From: Candidatus Zixiibacteriota bacterium
GTDB lineage: Bacteria; Zixibacteria; MSB-5A5; JAABVY01; JAHJOQ01
Assembly (NCBI GenBank): GCA_018820315.1
Contig: JAHJOQ010000073.1
Span: forward strand, 13,343 to 77,342
Direction: 5' to 3'
DNA: 64,000 bases
A model generated the notes under the pieces. The model was not told the DNA's origin. It made no database searches and saw only the letters and a program-made list of their open reading frames with translations. Below, piece after piece: positions 46,810 to 57,706 of this stretch (positions are counted from its first letter, which is position 1; each line of letters begins with the position of its first letter). The translations under genes were made by a program, and so were the position numbers.

Positions 46810-48372
46810 TTGAAGCAAGAGATTGTAATTAACTGTGCACAGCACGAAACCCGGATAGCTATTCTGGAGAACGACAAGCTTGTCGAACTCCTGGTTGAGC
46901 GACCGGGGGATCAACGAAATGTAGGGGCTATCCACAAGGGGAGGGTGACGGCAGTTCTGCCGGGCATGCAGGCGGCATTTCTTGATTTGGGACTCGATCG
47001 CACGTCGTTCCTGCATATCTCCGATGTCGGCACCGACTCGTCGGCACGCAGGTATGATTTTGATTATGATGATGACGAGAATGAGACCGAAAGCGACATA
47101 ATCCGCAAGACGAGCCGTCAGAATCCCATCGAGAAGCTAATCCATCAGGATCAGGAGATTCTGGTTCAAGTAATCAAGGAGCCACTGGGCGACAAGGGGG
47201 CGCGCGTCAGCACGGCCATAAGTCTGCCCGGGAGATTCCTGGTGCTCGTTCCGAACGAGAAGCACATCCGTGTGTCGAAGAGAATATCGAACTGGGCGGA
47301 GCGCAAGAGGCTGCGCCGGATGCTTTTCGATCTTCGCCCCGAAGGTTTCGGATTCATTGTCCGCACGGAGGGTGAAGGCAAGACTGAGAGAGACTTCAGA
47401 AGAGATATAAAGCGGCTTGTCAAGATCTGGGACCGTATCAGGAAGTCCGCCGACCGCAAGAGCGCGCCCGCGCTCCTGCACCGCGATGCCGGTATAACAA
47501 CCAGTATAGTGCGGGATTTCTTCACAGAGGACACGGAACGCGTAATAGTCGACTCACGTGATATTTACAAAGAAGTGATCGCATTCGTGAAAATGGTAGC
47601 TCCCGGTCTCAGGGACAAAGTCGAGCTGTACAAAGGTGATGTCCCCATATTCGATCTCTATGGTATCGAAGATGAGATCGATCGAACGCTCAATCGCAAG
47701 GTATGGATTAGAAAGGGCTCATTCATCGTCATTGATCAGACTGAGGCGCTCTGGGCTATCGACGTCAACACCGGCCGATTTGTAGGCCGAAAGGCCCAGG
47801 AACAGACGATTCTACTGACGAACCTTGAGGCAGCAAGAGAGATAGCTCGCCAGATCAGGTTGAGGGATCTTGGCGGACTGATCATAATCGACTTCATCGA
47901 TATGTATAGTCGCGAAAACCGTCGCAGGCTCTTCGAGGAGTTCAAGTCGCACTTCAGGAATGACCGCGCGAAGAATGCAATCAGTCCGGTGTCGGACTAC
48001 GGTCTCATCGAAATGACTCGCGAAAGAACGCGCCCGTCCCTGATTCAGACTTTTTCCGAGCCCTGTCCGACCTGCAACGGCTTCGGACGAGTATTGTCCA
48101 AGGACACAATTGCAACGAAGATTGATCGCTGGTTCCAGCGCGCGCGAGCAGGCACGCGGACTCGCAAATTCCAGTTGATAGTTCATCCTGAGGTCGCAAA
48201 GCATCTTCGCGCTCGCGAATCGAACAGTCTCAAGAGGATTTTAATGCAACTCAGATTCAAGATTGAGATTATTGAAGATGATTCTCTTAGACCGGAGAAC
48301 TACAAAGTGATTTCTCTCGATGATAATGTAGAGGTCACTGATCTGTATAAGACGAAGGCTGAAGTTAAATGA
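46810..48372 (+). CDS. rng: Ribonuclease E/G-family endoribonuclease (RNase G-sized, with acidic insertion in the S1 region)
   Basis: S1 domain GRVTAVLPGMQAAFLDLG...FLHISDV. DNase I-like catalytic core (GGLIIIDFIDM). Zn-link CPTCNGFG. Acidic insertion RYDFDYDDDENETESD. Confidence 0.85.
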   Translation: MKQEIVINCAQHETRIAILENDKLVELLVERPGDQRNVGAIHKGRVTAVLPGMQAAFLDLGLDRTSFLHISDVGTDSSARRYDFDYDDDENETESDIIRKTSRQNPIEKLIHQDQEILVQVIKEPLGDKGARVSTAISLPGRFLVLVPNEKHIRVSKRISNWAERKRLRRMLFDLRPEGFGFIVRTEGEGKTERDFRRDIKRLVKIWDRIRKSADRKSAPALLHRDAGITTSIVRDFFTEDTERVIVDSRDIYKEVIAFVKMVAPGLRDKVELYKGDVPIFDLYGIEDEIDRTLNRKVWIRKGSFIVIDQTEALWAIDVNTGRFVGRKAQEQTILLTNLEAAREIARQIRLRDLGGLIIIDFIDMYSRENRRRLFEEFKSHFRNDRAKNAISPVSDYGLIEMTRERTRPSLIQTFSEPCPTCNGFGRVLSKDTIATKIDRWFQRARAGTRTRKFQLIVHPEVAKHLRARESNSLKRILMQLRFKIEIIEDDSLRPENYKVISLDDNVEVTDLYKTKAEVK

Positions 48373-48397
48373 TATGTTGACCAGAAATTGCAGAAGA

Positions 48398-48428
48398 AAA
48401 GTCCCGCCGTAGCTGACGGGGCTTTTTG
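48398..48428. terminator. Bidirectional terminator-like hairpin between convergent rng and ppiD
   Basis: GTCCCG...CGGGGC stem followed by TTTTTGT on the + strand, and T-rich on the reverse. Confidence 0.45.
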
Positions 48429-48454
48429 TACGAGGAGTTTATTCTGTCAAACGA

Positions 48455-50272
48455 TCAATAGCTGCCGTATAGCTGATCGCGATAGTCCTTCACATTACTC
48501 GCATCCTGCAGTTTTCCGAACCACTGTTGGTAGTCCTGCTGCCGAATCGTGCCGATCATCCGCTGTTTTATTGTATCTTGTTCACTAGCGAAATCCTGCA
48601 GGTTTGCTGCCTGCCTATCGAGGAACTTGACGACCGCGGCTCCTTTACCGGTCATAATTGGACCGCTGATCGGGTTGTCGGAGCTGAGCTTGAAAGCTGC
48701 ACCGAGGAAATTAGGATCGCGTCCCAGCTTTCGTATTGTTCCTTTACGGGAAATCATCTCTGTGACGTCGTACTCCGCTACCAGCTGCTCAGAAGCTTCC
48801 TCGAGTGAGGTTCCTTCCATCACGAGATCGTAGATTCCACTTGCTTTGGCGAACGCTCGAGCCATCAACTTCTTCTGAGTGAGGTCTGAGGATGCTCTAC
48901 CGAAGCTCTCATCGATTCCCCTCACGCCCTCCGGCCTGTATGTCTCCACTTGTGCCACGACTATTCCAGTGGCATCCTCAATAGCATGTGATATTGCGCC
49001 GGCATCGTTTGAGAAAGCGAACTCATTAGCTTTCGGTACCTGCCCCATTGCACCGGCATTGTTACCTTTGGGGAACGGGCCGGTGTTGAGAACTTCATAA
49101 CCGAGATCATTCGCCGTCTGCTCAAATCCGGATGAGTTGGCTTCTTCGATGAAACTCTGTGCGAGGTTCTGCATATCAGACACAGTCTGTCCCGATGGCT
49201 TGAACTTTATCAAGATGTGGCTAGCCCTGATTTCCTTGTTTCCATCCTGCTCGCGCTCACCGGTCTTCATTATCAGATGCCATCCGAACTGAGTCTCAAC
49301 TGGTTCCGAGACATCACCCGAATCCGCGAGTGCGAATGCCGCATCTTCGAATTCTTTGACCATCTTCCCTGTACCGAACCAACCGAGATCCCCACCTTGC
49401 TGAGCCGAACCATCCTCCGAGAGATTCATAGCCAACTCTGCAAAATCGACACTGTCCCTGATCTCCTGTGCAATGCTCTCGATCTGTTGCTTGATGCCGA
49501 GACTGTCACTTGCAGTCGGATCTTTCTTGAACTCTACATATCTGAGCTTGGCCTCAGCAGGCTTGAAATAGCGGTCTAAGTGGTTTTTGTAATACTCGAG
49601 GACTTCCGCAGTGTCGTTGACGATTTCCGGATCGCGCATGTTGTCTTTCATGACAAGGGCATATTCGAATTTCATCAGTTCTTTTGTATCGATGAATTCC
49701 TCTTTCAGGTCCTCGCCGGTCACGCGCGCAGCAGTCACGGCCAATTCCTGTAACTTCACGCTCATTATGTCATTTCGCGCGACATTCTCGACCTCAATCC
49801 AGAACTGCACATATCGAGGATCCTGCATGGTCGATAGATATTTCTGATAATCAAAGCCTCCCGCTTCACTCTGGAACTCAGGATGCCGTTGCAGGAATTG
49901 TGGCGGGAACCGCTTGAGATGTTCGGCTAACTCGACGTTGGTGATATTCAGTTTCAACTCATTGAACTTCTGTTGGTATATGAGATCGGTCACCATATCG
50001 CTCCACGCTCTGTTTCTGATATCAATCATTTCGGATTGACTGATCTCGCGTTGGGATGACTGTGATGCCTGCTGATAGTAGTTGTCGACTATTTGCCCGT
50101 AAGCCTTATAATCAATATCTTCACCATTGATCTCTCCGATTATACCCTTCTCACCTTTGGACCTGGTGATATCGGCTCCCCAGGCGAAGATGATCGTCCC
50201 GACGAAGGCGGCGATGACTATGTATAGAAAAGCTTTACTAAATTTCCGAAAATTCTGCAACATACCTGCCAA
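48455..50272 (-). CDS. ppiD: Periplasmic chaperone PpiD-like parvulin-type peptidyl-prolyl isomerase (N-terminal membrane anchor)
   Basis: N-terminal anchor FLYIVIAAFVGTIIFAWG. SurA-N-like chaperone region. Parvulin domain ASHILIKF...GGDLGWFGTGKMVKEFEDAAFAL...GWHLIMKTGE. Confidence 0.75.
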   Translation of the reverse strand: MAGMLQNFRKFSKAFLYIVIAAFVGTIIFAWGADITRSKGEKGIIGEINGEDIDYKAYGQIVDNYYQQASQSSQREISQSEMIDIRNRAWSDMVTDLIYQQKFNELKLNITNVELAEHLKRFPPQFLQRHPEFQSEAGGFDYQKYLSTMQDPRYVQFWIEVENVARNDIMSVKLQELAVTAARVTGEDLKEEFIDTKELMKFEYALVMKDNMRDPEIVNDTAEVLEYYKNHLDRYFKPAEAKLRYVEFKKDPTASDSLGIKQQIESIAQEIRDSVDFAELAMNLSEDGSAQQGGDLGWFGTGKMVKEFEDAAFALADSGDVSEPVETQFGWHLIMKTGEREQDGNKEIRASHILIKFKPSGQTVSDMQNLAQSFIEEANSSGFEQTANDLGYEVLNTGPFPKGNNAGAMGQVPKANEFAFSNDAGAISHAIEDATGIVVAQVETYRPEGVRGIDESFGRASSDLTQKKLMARAFAKASGIYDLVMEGTSLEEASEQLVAEYDVTEMISRKGTIRKLGRDPNFLGAAFKLSSDNPISGPIMTGKGAAVVKFLDRQAANLQDFASEQDTIKQRMIGTIRQQDYQQWFGKLQDASNVKDYRDQLYGSY

Positions 50273-50436
50273 ACTCCTCTAAGTGATGATATGGTAACAA
50301 CACAAGCCAGTAATATATACATATCATCGGCAGAACCACAAGTCTTTTTTGTCGAGAAGTGCGTGCAACCTTGACTTATCGCAAATGTTATAATATGGTT
50401 GACACGTGCGGTATGTTTCCCATAACCTTAAGAATT

Positions 50437-52716
50437 ATGCAGCAATTTGCCAGTCACCCACAGAGAGCAGTCATCGTCGCACTCATTGTATTTGCCATAA
50501 CCATTCCCTGTATTGCCAATGGAGACAATTACTTATGGCCATTGCCGGCATCCAGAGAATTGACTTCAGGATTTTGCCAATGGCGGTCCGGGCACTGGCA
50601 TTCGGGCATAGATATCAGAACCTTCGGCAAAACCGGCTACAAAGTCAGCGCAATAGCTGGCGGGCATGTCTGGCGGGTGCGGACCGGGTGGCGAGGATAT
50701 GGAAAATCACTCTATCTGAAGCTCGATGATGGCCGAATCGCCGTATATGCTCACCTGGAGAAATTCACCCCTGAGATCGATCGCTATGTCCAGGAGCAGC
50801 AACTGGCTCAGCGGCGTTATCAGGTCGACCTGTACCCGCTTGAGGGGAGATTCCGATTCAAGGCGGGTGAGACTGTTGCAGTGTCGGGCAAATCTGGTGG
50901 AGCCGCCCCGCACCTTCACTTCGAAATTCGCGCGCGTGACGAGAATCCGCTCTCACCGCTGACATTCTACCCTGATTTGGTGGACGATCTCTCGCCTGTC
51001 ATTCGCAAGATATCCTTTCGATCTCTGTCACCGACGCAGAGCAGAGTGGATGGGCATACAGGAGTGACGGAAGTGCCGCTATTGCGCGGTAAGGGGAATC
51101 TCACGTCGAGCGACACGTGTACTGTCTACGGTCCCGTAGGCGTGGAGATTGATTGCGTAGACAAGCGCTCAAACACCAGCAGAAGTTATGCAGTATCGCG
51201 GATAGAGATGTTCGTCGATAGCTACGAGACCGCTCTCTTTGTCACAAATTATGACACGCTGTCATTCGATCGATGGGGCGAGGTCAATCTTGAGTTGAAC
51301 TACACACGGTCGCTCAAGGGCGACAACTTTGTTCATAACCTATATCAATTCTCAGGTACAAATCCGCCGCTGGTCAATGATCATACGTGGAACAAGGGGT
51401 GGATCGAGGCAGGCGCGTCAGAAAACGGAATCGGTATCGGGCCGGGTGTTCACACGCTCTTGTTCAGAGTCTATGATCAATCAGGCAATGTCTCCCGTGC
51501 GAGTGTTATTATCGATTTGAGATGCCCACCTGCTTTTGACGGCCACTCTGAAGTGGCTGGCAGCCTGTGTAGTGACCATTCAAATGTCGTACGACATGAG
51601 GTGGCATTACTTGATCAGGCCACCGGTACCTTCGCTCCGTATCTTCCCGGTGAAAATGCATCGGCGTTCGGTGATTATATAGACGGGGACATAAACCTCC
51701 TTGCTCAGTTTCGCGATCTCACTCAACGACTTGTACTGTATTCGATCTTCACCGACGACGGTGCCAGGTTCGATCACCTTGTGAGAGTCTCCGAGACAGG
51801 AGTTCCGATCCCAGCTCCCACAGCAGGGCTTGGGGCAGATGTGCTGTCTCCGTCTCGGCTTGAATCACGCTACGACCCGCTCCAGCTCGACACCAGGAAA
51901 CTTGCGGATTTCTGGGATGCAAAGAGCCGCACGGCTCGCAGTGTCTGCTTTGTACTGCCCGTAATGTTTGATACAGCGGACTCGTTGGTTCTGGTCGATC
52001 CCTCTGAAATATCGATTCCTGAGACGTTCTTTGGTCAATATGGCACACCGATAGTCGCGGGTGGCAACGGATCATCCGCTCATAATGTGAAATTCCCGGG
52101 AGCAGAGTTTATTCTGGAGAAAGGCGATCTCCTTGGAGCGAGCGCTGTCAGAGTAGACACTGCAACGATATCGGTTACGGACTATGGGATGGCGAAGGCA
52201 ATAATTCTCGGACCGGCTGATTTGCTTCTTAATGACTGGATCGATATTGGCGTACCTTCCGTGGAATGCGAAAGTGCGGCGCGATGCCATCTCTACAGTG
52301 TCACCGAAGATGGGGGAGTCTCATTCGTATCGAGCAGTCTCGACAGCAATTCAGTCCTCCACGCAAAGGTCTCCAGGCTTGTATCTTATGCGGTTCTTAG
52401 CGATACGGTTGGACCGAGAATCTGGCAAGTGACTCCGGGTGATGGAGGGAGAGTCAACAGCTCGAGGCCTAAGATCAGCTTCAAGCTCGATGATGCACTG
52501 TCAGGCATCGAGGACGACACCTCAATCGAGATTACTGTAGACGGCATCTGGGCGATTCCTGAATACGATACGGCTTCCAAATGGATGGTTACATATTCCA
52601 GCCAAGACCTCGATCCCGGCAACCACGTACTGCGTATACACGTCCGCGACCGAGCGGGTAATGAGACAGCATATTCGTCGAGCTTTCGCTATGTCAAGGG
52701 GAGTGGCCAGAGATAG
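50437..52716 (+). CDS. M23-family metallopeptidase with long (about 550 aa) C-terminal beta-rich extension
   Basis: Signal peptide. M23 motifs HSGIDI and GKSGGAAPHLHFEI. The C-terminal region is rich in predicted beta-strands (Ig/fibronectin-like) without recognisable catalytic motifs. Start uncertain (50437 versus upstream in-frame Met). Confidence 0.7.
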   Translation: MQQFASHPQRAVIVALIVFAITIPCIANGDNYLWPLPASRELTSGFCQWRSGHWHSGIDIRTFGKTGYKVSAIAGGHVWRVRTGWRGYGKSLYLKLDDGRIAVYAHLEKFTPEIDRYVQEQQLAQRRYQVDLYPLEGRFRFKAGETVAVSGKSGGAAPHLHFEIRARDENPLSPLTFYPDLVDDLSPVIRKISFRSLSPTQSRVDGHTGVTEVPLLRGKGNLTSSDTCTVYGPVGVEIDCVDKRSNTSRSYAVSRIEMFVDSYETALFVTNYDTLSFDRWGEVNLELNYTRSLKGDNFVHNLYQFSGTNPPLVNDHTWNKGWIEAGASENGIGIGPGVHTLLFRVYDQSGNVSRASVIIDLRCPPAFDGHSEVAGSLCSDHSNVVRHEVALLDQATGTFAPYLPGENASAFGDYIDGDINLLAQFRDLTQRLVLYSIFTDDGARFDHLVRVSETGVPIPAPTAGLGADVLSPSRLESRYDPLQLDTRKLADFWDAKSRTARSVCFVLPVMFDTADSLVLVDPSEISIPETFFGQYGTPIVAGGNGSSAHNVKFPGAEFILEKGDLLGASAVRVDTATISVTDYGMAKAIILGPADLLLNDWIDIGVPSVECESAARCHLYSVTEDGGVSFVSSSLDSNSVLHAKVSRLVSYAVLSDTVGPRIWQVTPGDGGRVNSSRPKISFKLDDALSGIEDDTSIEITVDGIWAIPEYDTASKWMVTYSSQDLDPGNHVLRIHVRDRAGNETAYSSSFRYVKGSGQR

Positions 52717-52998
52717 TAATTGAAATTATCCAAGAAACTGCTTAATATTCTGCGGCTGGTTGAAGAAACTATAGGTTAGGCTTGAGATGCTTCCGATCAA
52801 GGATGACATACTAACACAGCACAAACCTGTGGTTACGATGGTGTGCGCATCCGGAGCGATTGCCGGAGTGCCGGGATCTGAGGGTGGTGGTGGCGTGGTT
52901 TGCGCATATAGGCGGGTTCATTTTCGGAGTCGTCGTATTCATATTGTTTGTGAAGAGGGCTCCACATGTGTACTATAAAGAATGATGGGTTTTGACGT

Positions 52999-54120
52999 AT
53001 GATCAAGTTTCTGAATCTGCAAATCGGTGTTGTGCTCATGGCTGTTCTTTTTGCCATGCCGGCGCCCGGCCAGACATCGGATCAATACATGCAGCTCGCC
53101 GACTCACTCCTGAAGGTGAAAGATCTCGCTGGCTCCGCAGATGCTCTCCGAGAGGCCTACAGCGCAGACGAAGGGAATTTCGATGCCATGCGGAAGCTGG
53201 TCGGAATTTCGATCAGGTTAGGCGAGTTTGAGATGGCGAGACAAGCACTGGAGCTCTTGATAGAGTATCAGGAGATGGATGCCAACTCATATCTGGAAGC
53301 TGGACGTCTCGCTTGGTTGGCGAGAGAATTCGACATCGCCAATCAGTATATTGATCTTGCTGAGCTTGTAGCGGTGTTGCCAAACGAGAAAATACCTGCC
53401 TATCGGTCTATAGTCTACCGTGGAACAGGACGGCTCGCCGAAGCGGAGAGCCTGCTGGTTGCTGCGCAGAAGCAATTTCCGAAGAGCACCCTGATTCTGT
53501 CAAATCTCGGCCTGGCAGTGGCATTGCAGAGAGGACCGGAGGAGGGATTCAAGTATGTACAGCGCGCATACGAAATAGACTCGACTGATGTTTACACTCT
53601 GAGTTCATTGGCAAGTCTCTATCTCGCAGAAGGCGATGTTGAGAAGGCGCGATCTCTGTTTGAGAAGGCGCTGAAATACGATCCACAGAATTTCTTCACC
53701 AAGTCAAGCTTTGAGAATCTGGACAACACCGCTAAGGAGATGCAGATTCCGGTGTTGATGCAGAAGGGTGTGACCTATTTCGACAAATCTCTCTATACAC
53801 GAGCACGTAATGCTTTTAAGGATGTTATTGCGCTCGATTCGACTTTCGTGGAAGCATACATGAATCTCGGATTCACGCTCAACCTCCTCGGGGAGCCGCG
53901 TAACGCCATAGTTGCGTTCGAGAAGGGAGCTGCTATCGACAGCAGCATGGCTCCGTTATACATCGGCTGGGGAAATGCACTCGCCGGAATCGGAAAGCTC
54001 GATAGCGCAATAGTGATGTACAACAGGGCTATCGCATTGGATGCATCACTTCCGGAGGCACATGAAGCGCTAAAGACAGTCAAAGAGCTCAAGGATCAGA
54101 TGTCCGGAGATAAAGAATGA
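52999..54120 (+). CDS. Tetratricopeptide-repeat (TPR) protein with signal peptide
   Basis: Signal IGVVLMAVLFAMPAPGQ. Multiple 34-aa TPR-like units (A...Y..AG......A...Y..A). Confidence 0.7.
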   Translation: MIKFLNLQIGVVLMAVLFAMPAPGQTSDQYMQLADSLLKVKDLAGSADALREAYSADEGNFDAMRKLVGISIRLGEFEMARQALELLIEYQEMDANSYLEAGRLAWLAREFDIANQYIDLAELVAVLPNEKIPAYRSIVYRGTGRLAEAESLLVAAQKQFPKSTLILSNLGLAVALQRGPEEGFKYVQRAYEIDSTDVYTLSSLASLYLAEGDVEKARSLFEKALKYDPQNFFTKSSFENLDNTAKEMQIPVLMQKGVTYFDKSLYTRARNAFKDVIALDSTFVEAYMNLGFTLNLLGEPRNAIVAFEKGAAIDSSMAPLYIGWGNALAGIGKLDSAIVMYNRAIALDASLPEAHEALKTVKELKDQMSGDKE

Positions 54121-57100
54121 GCACAGCAGATTTTATCCATCTCCACAATCATACGCAATATTCGCTTCTCGACGGGGCTTGCCGCATTGACCCATTCCTT
54201 GAACTTGCCCACGACATGAAAATGCCTGCCCTGGCTATCACTGATCACGGAAATATGTTCGGAGCGATAGAATTCTATAAGAAGGCGAGAAAAAGGGGCA
54301 TCAAGCCGATAATCGGGTGCGAGATTTACGTAGCCCCGAAAAGTCACACGCACAAGGAGCCGATAGCGGGCAAACCGAGCGCTGGATACCATATGCTTCT
54401 TCTCGCCAGGAACGAAACAGGTTACAAGAATCTGATGAAGCTCGTTTCTGCCGGTTATCTGGAAGGTTTCTACCATAGACCGCGCGTAGACAAGAAGCTC
54501 CTGAAGGAACATGCCGAAGGATTGATTGCAACCTCAGCCTGCATGAAGGGCGAGATTCCCTGGCTTTTGTTAGCGAATGATGATGTCGAGGCAGCTCGCG
54601 CTGCCAAGAAATTCACAGACATTTTCGGCGAAGGCAACTTCTATCTTGAAATACAGAATCACGGCATACCAAAGGAGGACGAGGCCAGGTCCAAGGTGTT
54701 GGCGCTTGCTAAGCGGATCGGCCTTCCAATTGTCGCCACAAATGACTGCCACTATCTGCATCAGAAAGACTCAAGTGCGCACGACGCCCTCCTGTGCATC
54801 CAGACCGGCAAGTTCATCTCCGACTCCGACAGGATGAGATACAACACTGACCAGATTTATGTGAAGACACCTGCGGAAATGAAGGAACTGTTCGCCGATT
54901 ATCCGGATGCTATCGAGAACACGCTGAGGATTGCAGAGATGTGCAATCTCGATATCGAACTTGGCAAGAATCATCTGCCCGCGTTTCCATTGCCGGAGGG
55001 GCACAGCAATCTGGATGATTATCTACGGCTACTGGCCGAGGATGGATTGAAACAGCGGTACTCGGAGATAACTGACGAACACAGAAAGAGACTTGACTTC
55101 GAACTTGATGTGATAATCAAGATGGGATACTCCGGCTACTTCCTCATCGTCAAAGACTTCATCGATCAGGCCCGGAGGCTGGGTGTCCGTGTAGGTCCTG
55201 GAAGAGGCTCCGCAGCAGGTTCAATTGTCTCATACTGTCTCGGAATCGTAAATCTCGATCCGCTGAAGTACGGGCTTCTTTTCGAGCGGTTCCTTAATCC
55301 TGAGAGAATTTCGCTCCCGGATATCGACATAGACTTTGCTGATCGAGGGCGGGAGAGGATTATCGATTATGTTATTGACAAGTACGGCAAAGCCAATGTG
55401 TGCCAGATTATTACATTCGGGACTATGGCAGCTCGTCAGTCGATCAGAGATGTCGGACGAGTTATGCAGGTGCCGTACAGCGAAATCGATCGCATCGCGA
55501 AGTTGATTCCCTCCGGACCGGGCCAGACTATATCCGGAGCGCTTTCGACAGAACCGGAATTGAAGAAGCTCGCCAAAGGAGATGAGGAGTCGCGCAAGCT
55601 ACTGGAATTCTCTCAAACTCTTGAAGGTTTGGCTCGGCACGCATCGACGCATGCAGCGGGAGTAGTTATAGCTCCCAAGGCGCTCACAGAGTTCGTTCCG
55701 CTTTTCCGGGCGCCGAAAGGCGAAGAGACAACGACACAATACGACATGAAGTGTATCGAAGAGATCGGTCTTCTGAAGATGGATTTTCTGGGATTGCGGA
55801 CGCTGACGGTTATTGATGACGCTATCGCAATGATCAAAGAGAATCACGGCATTGAGATTGATCTTGAAAAGATACCTCTGGACGACGAGCGCGTATTCGA
55901 ACTATTCTGCGGTGGCCATACTGTCGGCATATTCCAGTTTGAATCGAGCGGAATGCAGGACTACCTGAGGAAGCTCGGTCCCGAGAATCTTGGCGATCTG
56001 ATTGCAATGAACGCGCTTTATCGACCCGGTCCCCTTGATGCCGGCACTATTGATGATTACATAAAGCGGAAGCACGGCGAGGAGGAGGTGATCTACGATC
56101 ATCCGAAGCTCGAACCGATTCTGAAGGAGACATATGGTGTCATCGTCTATCAGGAGCAGGTGATCAAGATTGCCATGGAACTGGCCGGCTTTACAGCCGG
56201 ACAGGGTGATGTGCTCAGAAAGGCGATGGGAAAGAAAGTCGTCGAGATAATGGAGCAGCAACAGAAGACTTTCCTTGACGGGTGCGCCGCCAACGGTGTC
56301 GATCCCAAAGTTGCTGCCGCTGTGTTTCTGCAGATAGAGACGTTCGCCAGATATGGCTTCAATAAATCGCATGCCGCGGGATACTCCTATTTGGCATACC
56401 AAACGGCATATTTGAAAGCTCACTATCCGCGCGAGTTCAATGCTGCGTCGCTGACGTCGGAAATGGGCAACACGGATCGAGTGATCATCCTGATCGAGGA
56501 GTGCCGGAGGCTTGGAATCCCGGTGCTTCCGCCGGACATAAATAGCTGTGGCGCTCAGTTCACGGTGGACGGTGACAGGATTCGGTTCGGCCTTGGGGCG
56601 GTGAAGAATGTGGGACTCGGTGCTATTGAGAAGATCATGGAAGCACGTGAGAAGGATGGAGATTTTGCTTCGATTTTCGACTTCGTCTCGAGGGTGGATA
56701 TCAAGGCGATGAATCGACGCGTTCTCGAATCGCTGATCAAGGCTGGTGCGTTGGATTCTCTGCCGGGGCACAGGGCGCAATTGCTGGCGGCTGTCGAATC
56801 GGTGCTGGCATTCGGTCAGGCGAGACATGCCAGCAAACAACACGAGAATCAGGCGAGCCTGTTTGGCGCCGATGCCGATACAATCGGAGTTGTGGAGCCG
56901 GCTCTTCCGGACGAGACCGAATGGGATAACATGACAAAGCTGAGTTTCGAGGAAGAGCTTCTCGGAGAGTATATTTCCGGGCATCCGCTCGACTCCTACA
57001 GGACACTGCTGTCTGCCGCTGCCACATGCAATACATTCGAGGCAGAGGACTATCCCGATGATTCGAGCGTGACTATCGGGGGTGTTCTGACGAGAATCAG

Positions 57101-57593
57101 AGAAAACACAGACAAGAAAGGCAATCGGATGGCCTTTGCTACGCTGAGAGATCTCAGCGGTACAATTGAGATTATCATCTTCTCGGCTCTTTACGCAACT
57201 CGGCAGGATATTATCAAAGAGAAATCCCTGGTAATGATATCCGGGAGATTATCGAAGCGCGAGGAAGAAAAACCGAAGATAGTAGCAGACAGGGTCGAGT
57301 CTCTTGATACAATCGCGGATGGTGGAGAGTTGACTCTCACACTATTCATTGAAGGTCCTAATTTCAACGGTGGGCGACTTGAATCGATAGAAGAGATTCT
57401 CGGCGATTATCCGGGCTCTGCCCAGGTAATACTCGTCCTCGATACCGGAAATGAACACGTGGTCGTGGAAGCTGAAGGGCTGAAAGCATCTGCGAAACCT
57501 GGACTTACACGGAGACTTTCGGGGCTTCTCGGCTCCGACAAAGTACGTTGGGAAGCGAGAGCATCAGCGCATAAGAACGGAACTACCGCATAG
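54117..57593 (+). CDS. dnaE: DNA polymerase III alpha subunit
   Basis: PHP domain FIHLHNHTQYSLLDGA...ALAITDHGNMFG. Polymerase core GRGSAAGSIVSYCLGI and PDIDIDF. OB-fold and tau-binding C-terminus. 1158 aa. Confidence 0.95.
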   Translation: MSTADFIHLHNHTQYSLLDGACRIDPFLELAHDMKMPALAITDHGNMFGAIEFYKKARKRGIKPIIGCEIYVAPKSHTHKEPIAGKPSAGYHMLLLARNETGYKNLMKLVSAGYLEGFYHRPRVDKKLLKEHAEGLIATSACMKGEIPWLLLANDDVEAARAAKKFTDIFGEGNFYLEIQNHGIPKEDEARSKVLALAKRIGLPIVATNDCHYLHQKDSSAHDALLCIQTGKFISDSDRMRYNTDQIYVKTPAEMKELFADYPDAIENTLRIAEMCNLDIELGKNHLPAFPLPEGHSNLDDYLRLLAEDGLKQRYSEITDEHRKRLDFELDVIIKMGYSGYFLIVKDFIDQARRLGVRVGPGRGSAAGSIVSYCLGIVNLDPLKYGLLFERFLNPERISLPDIDIDFADRGRERIIDYVIDKYGKANVCQIITFGTMAARQSIRDVGRVMQVPYSEIDRIAKLIPSGPGQTISGALSTEPELKKLAKGDEESRKLLEFSQTLEGLARHASTHAAGVVIAPKALTEFVPLFRAPKGEETTTQYDMKCIEEIGLLKMDFLGLRTLTVIDDAIAMIKENHGIEIDLEKIPLDDERVFELFCGGHTVGIFQFESSGMQDYLRKLGPENLGDLIAMNALYRPGPLDAGTIDDYIKRKHGEEEVIYDHPKLEPILKETYGVIVYQEQVIKIAMELAGFTAGQGDVLRKAMGKKVVEIMEQQQKTFLDGCAANGVDPKVAAAVFLQIETFARYGFNKSHAAGYSYLAYQTAYLKAHYPREFNAASLTSEMGNTDRVIILIEECRRLGIPVLPPDINSCGAQFTVDGDRIRFGLGAVKNVGLGAIEKIMEAREKDGDFASIFDFVSRVDIKAMNRRVLESLIKAGALDSLPGHRAQLLAAVESVLAFGQARHASKQHENQASLFGADADTIGVVEPALPDETEWDNMTKLSFEEELLGEYISGHPLDSYRTLLSAAATCNTFEAEDYPDDSSVTIGGVLTRIRENTDKKGNRMAFATLRDLSGTIEIIIFSALYATRQDIIKEKSLVMISGRLSKREEEKPKIVADRVESLDTIADGGELTLTLFIEGPNFNGGRLESIEEILGDYPGSAQVILVLDTGNEHVVVEAEGLKASAKPGLTRRLSGLLGSDKVRWEARASAHKNGTTA

Positions 57594-57706
57594 TCACAGG
57601 GTTATAAGCAACGAAATAGGTTGATTTTTGGTGGATTTTGTTTACATTGGTAGACAGTTATTGCCGATGAGAATCAGAGTCTGATACATATAGTCTGGAG
57701 ATTGAG

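Noticed and set aside
55902-56984. 360 aa antisense ORF opposite dnaE
   Set aside because: Lies inside the 1158 aa dnaE reading frame, which has strong conserved motifs. It is a shadow ORF.
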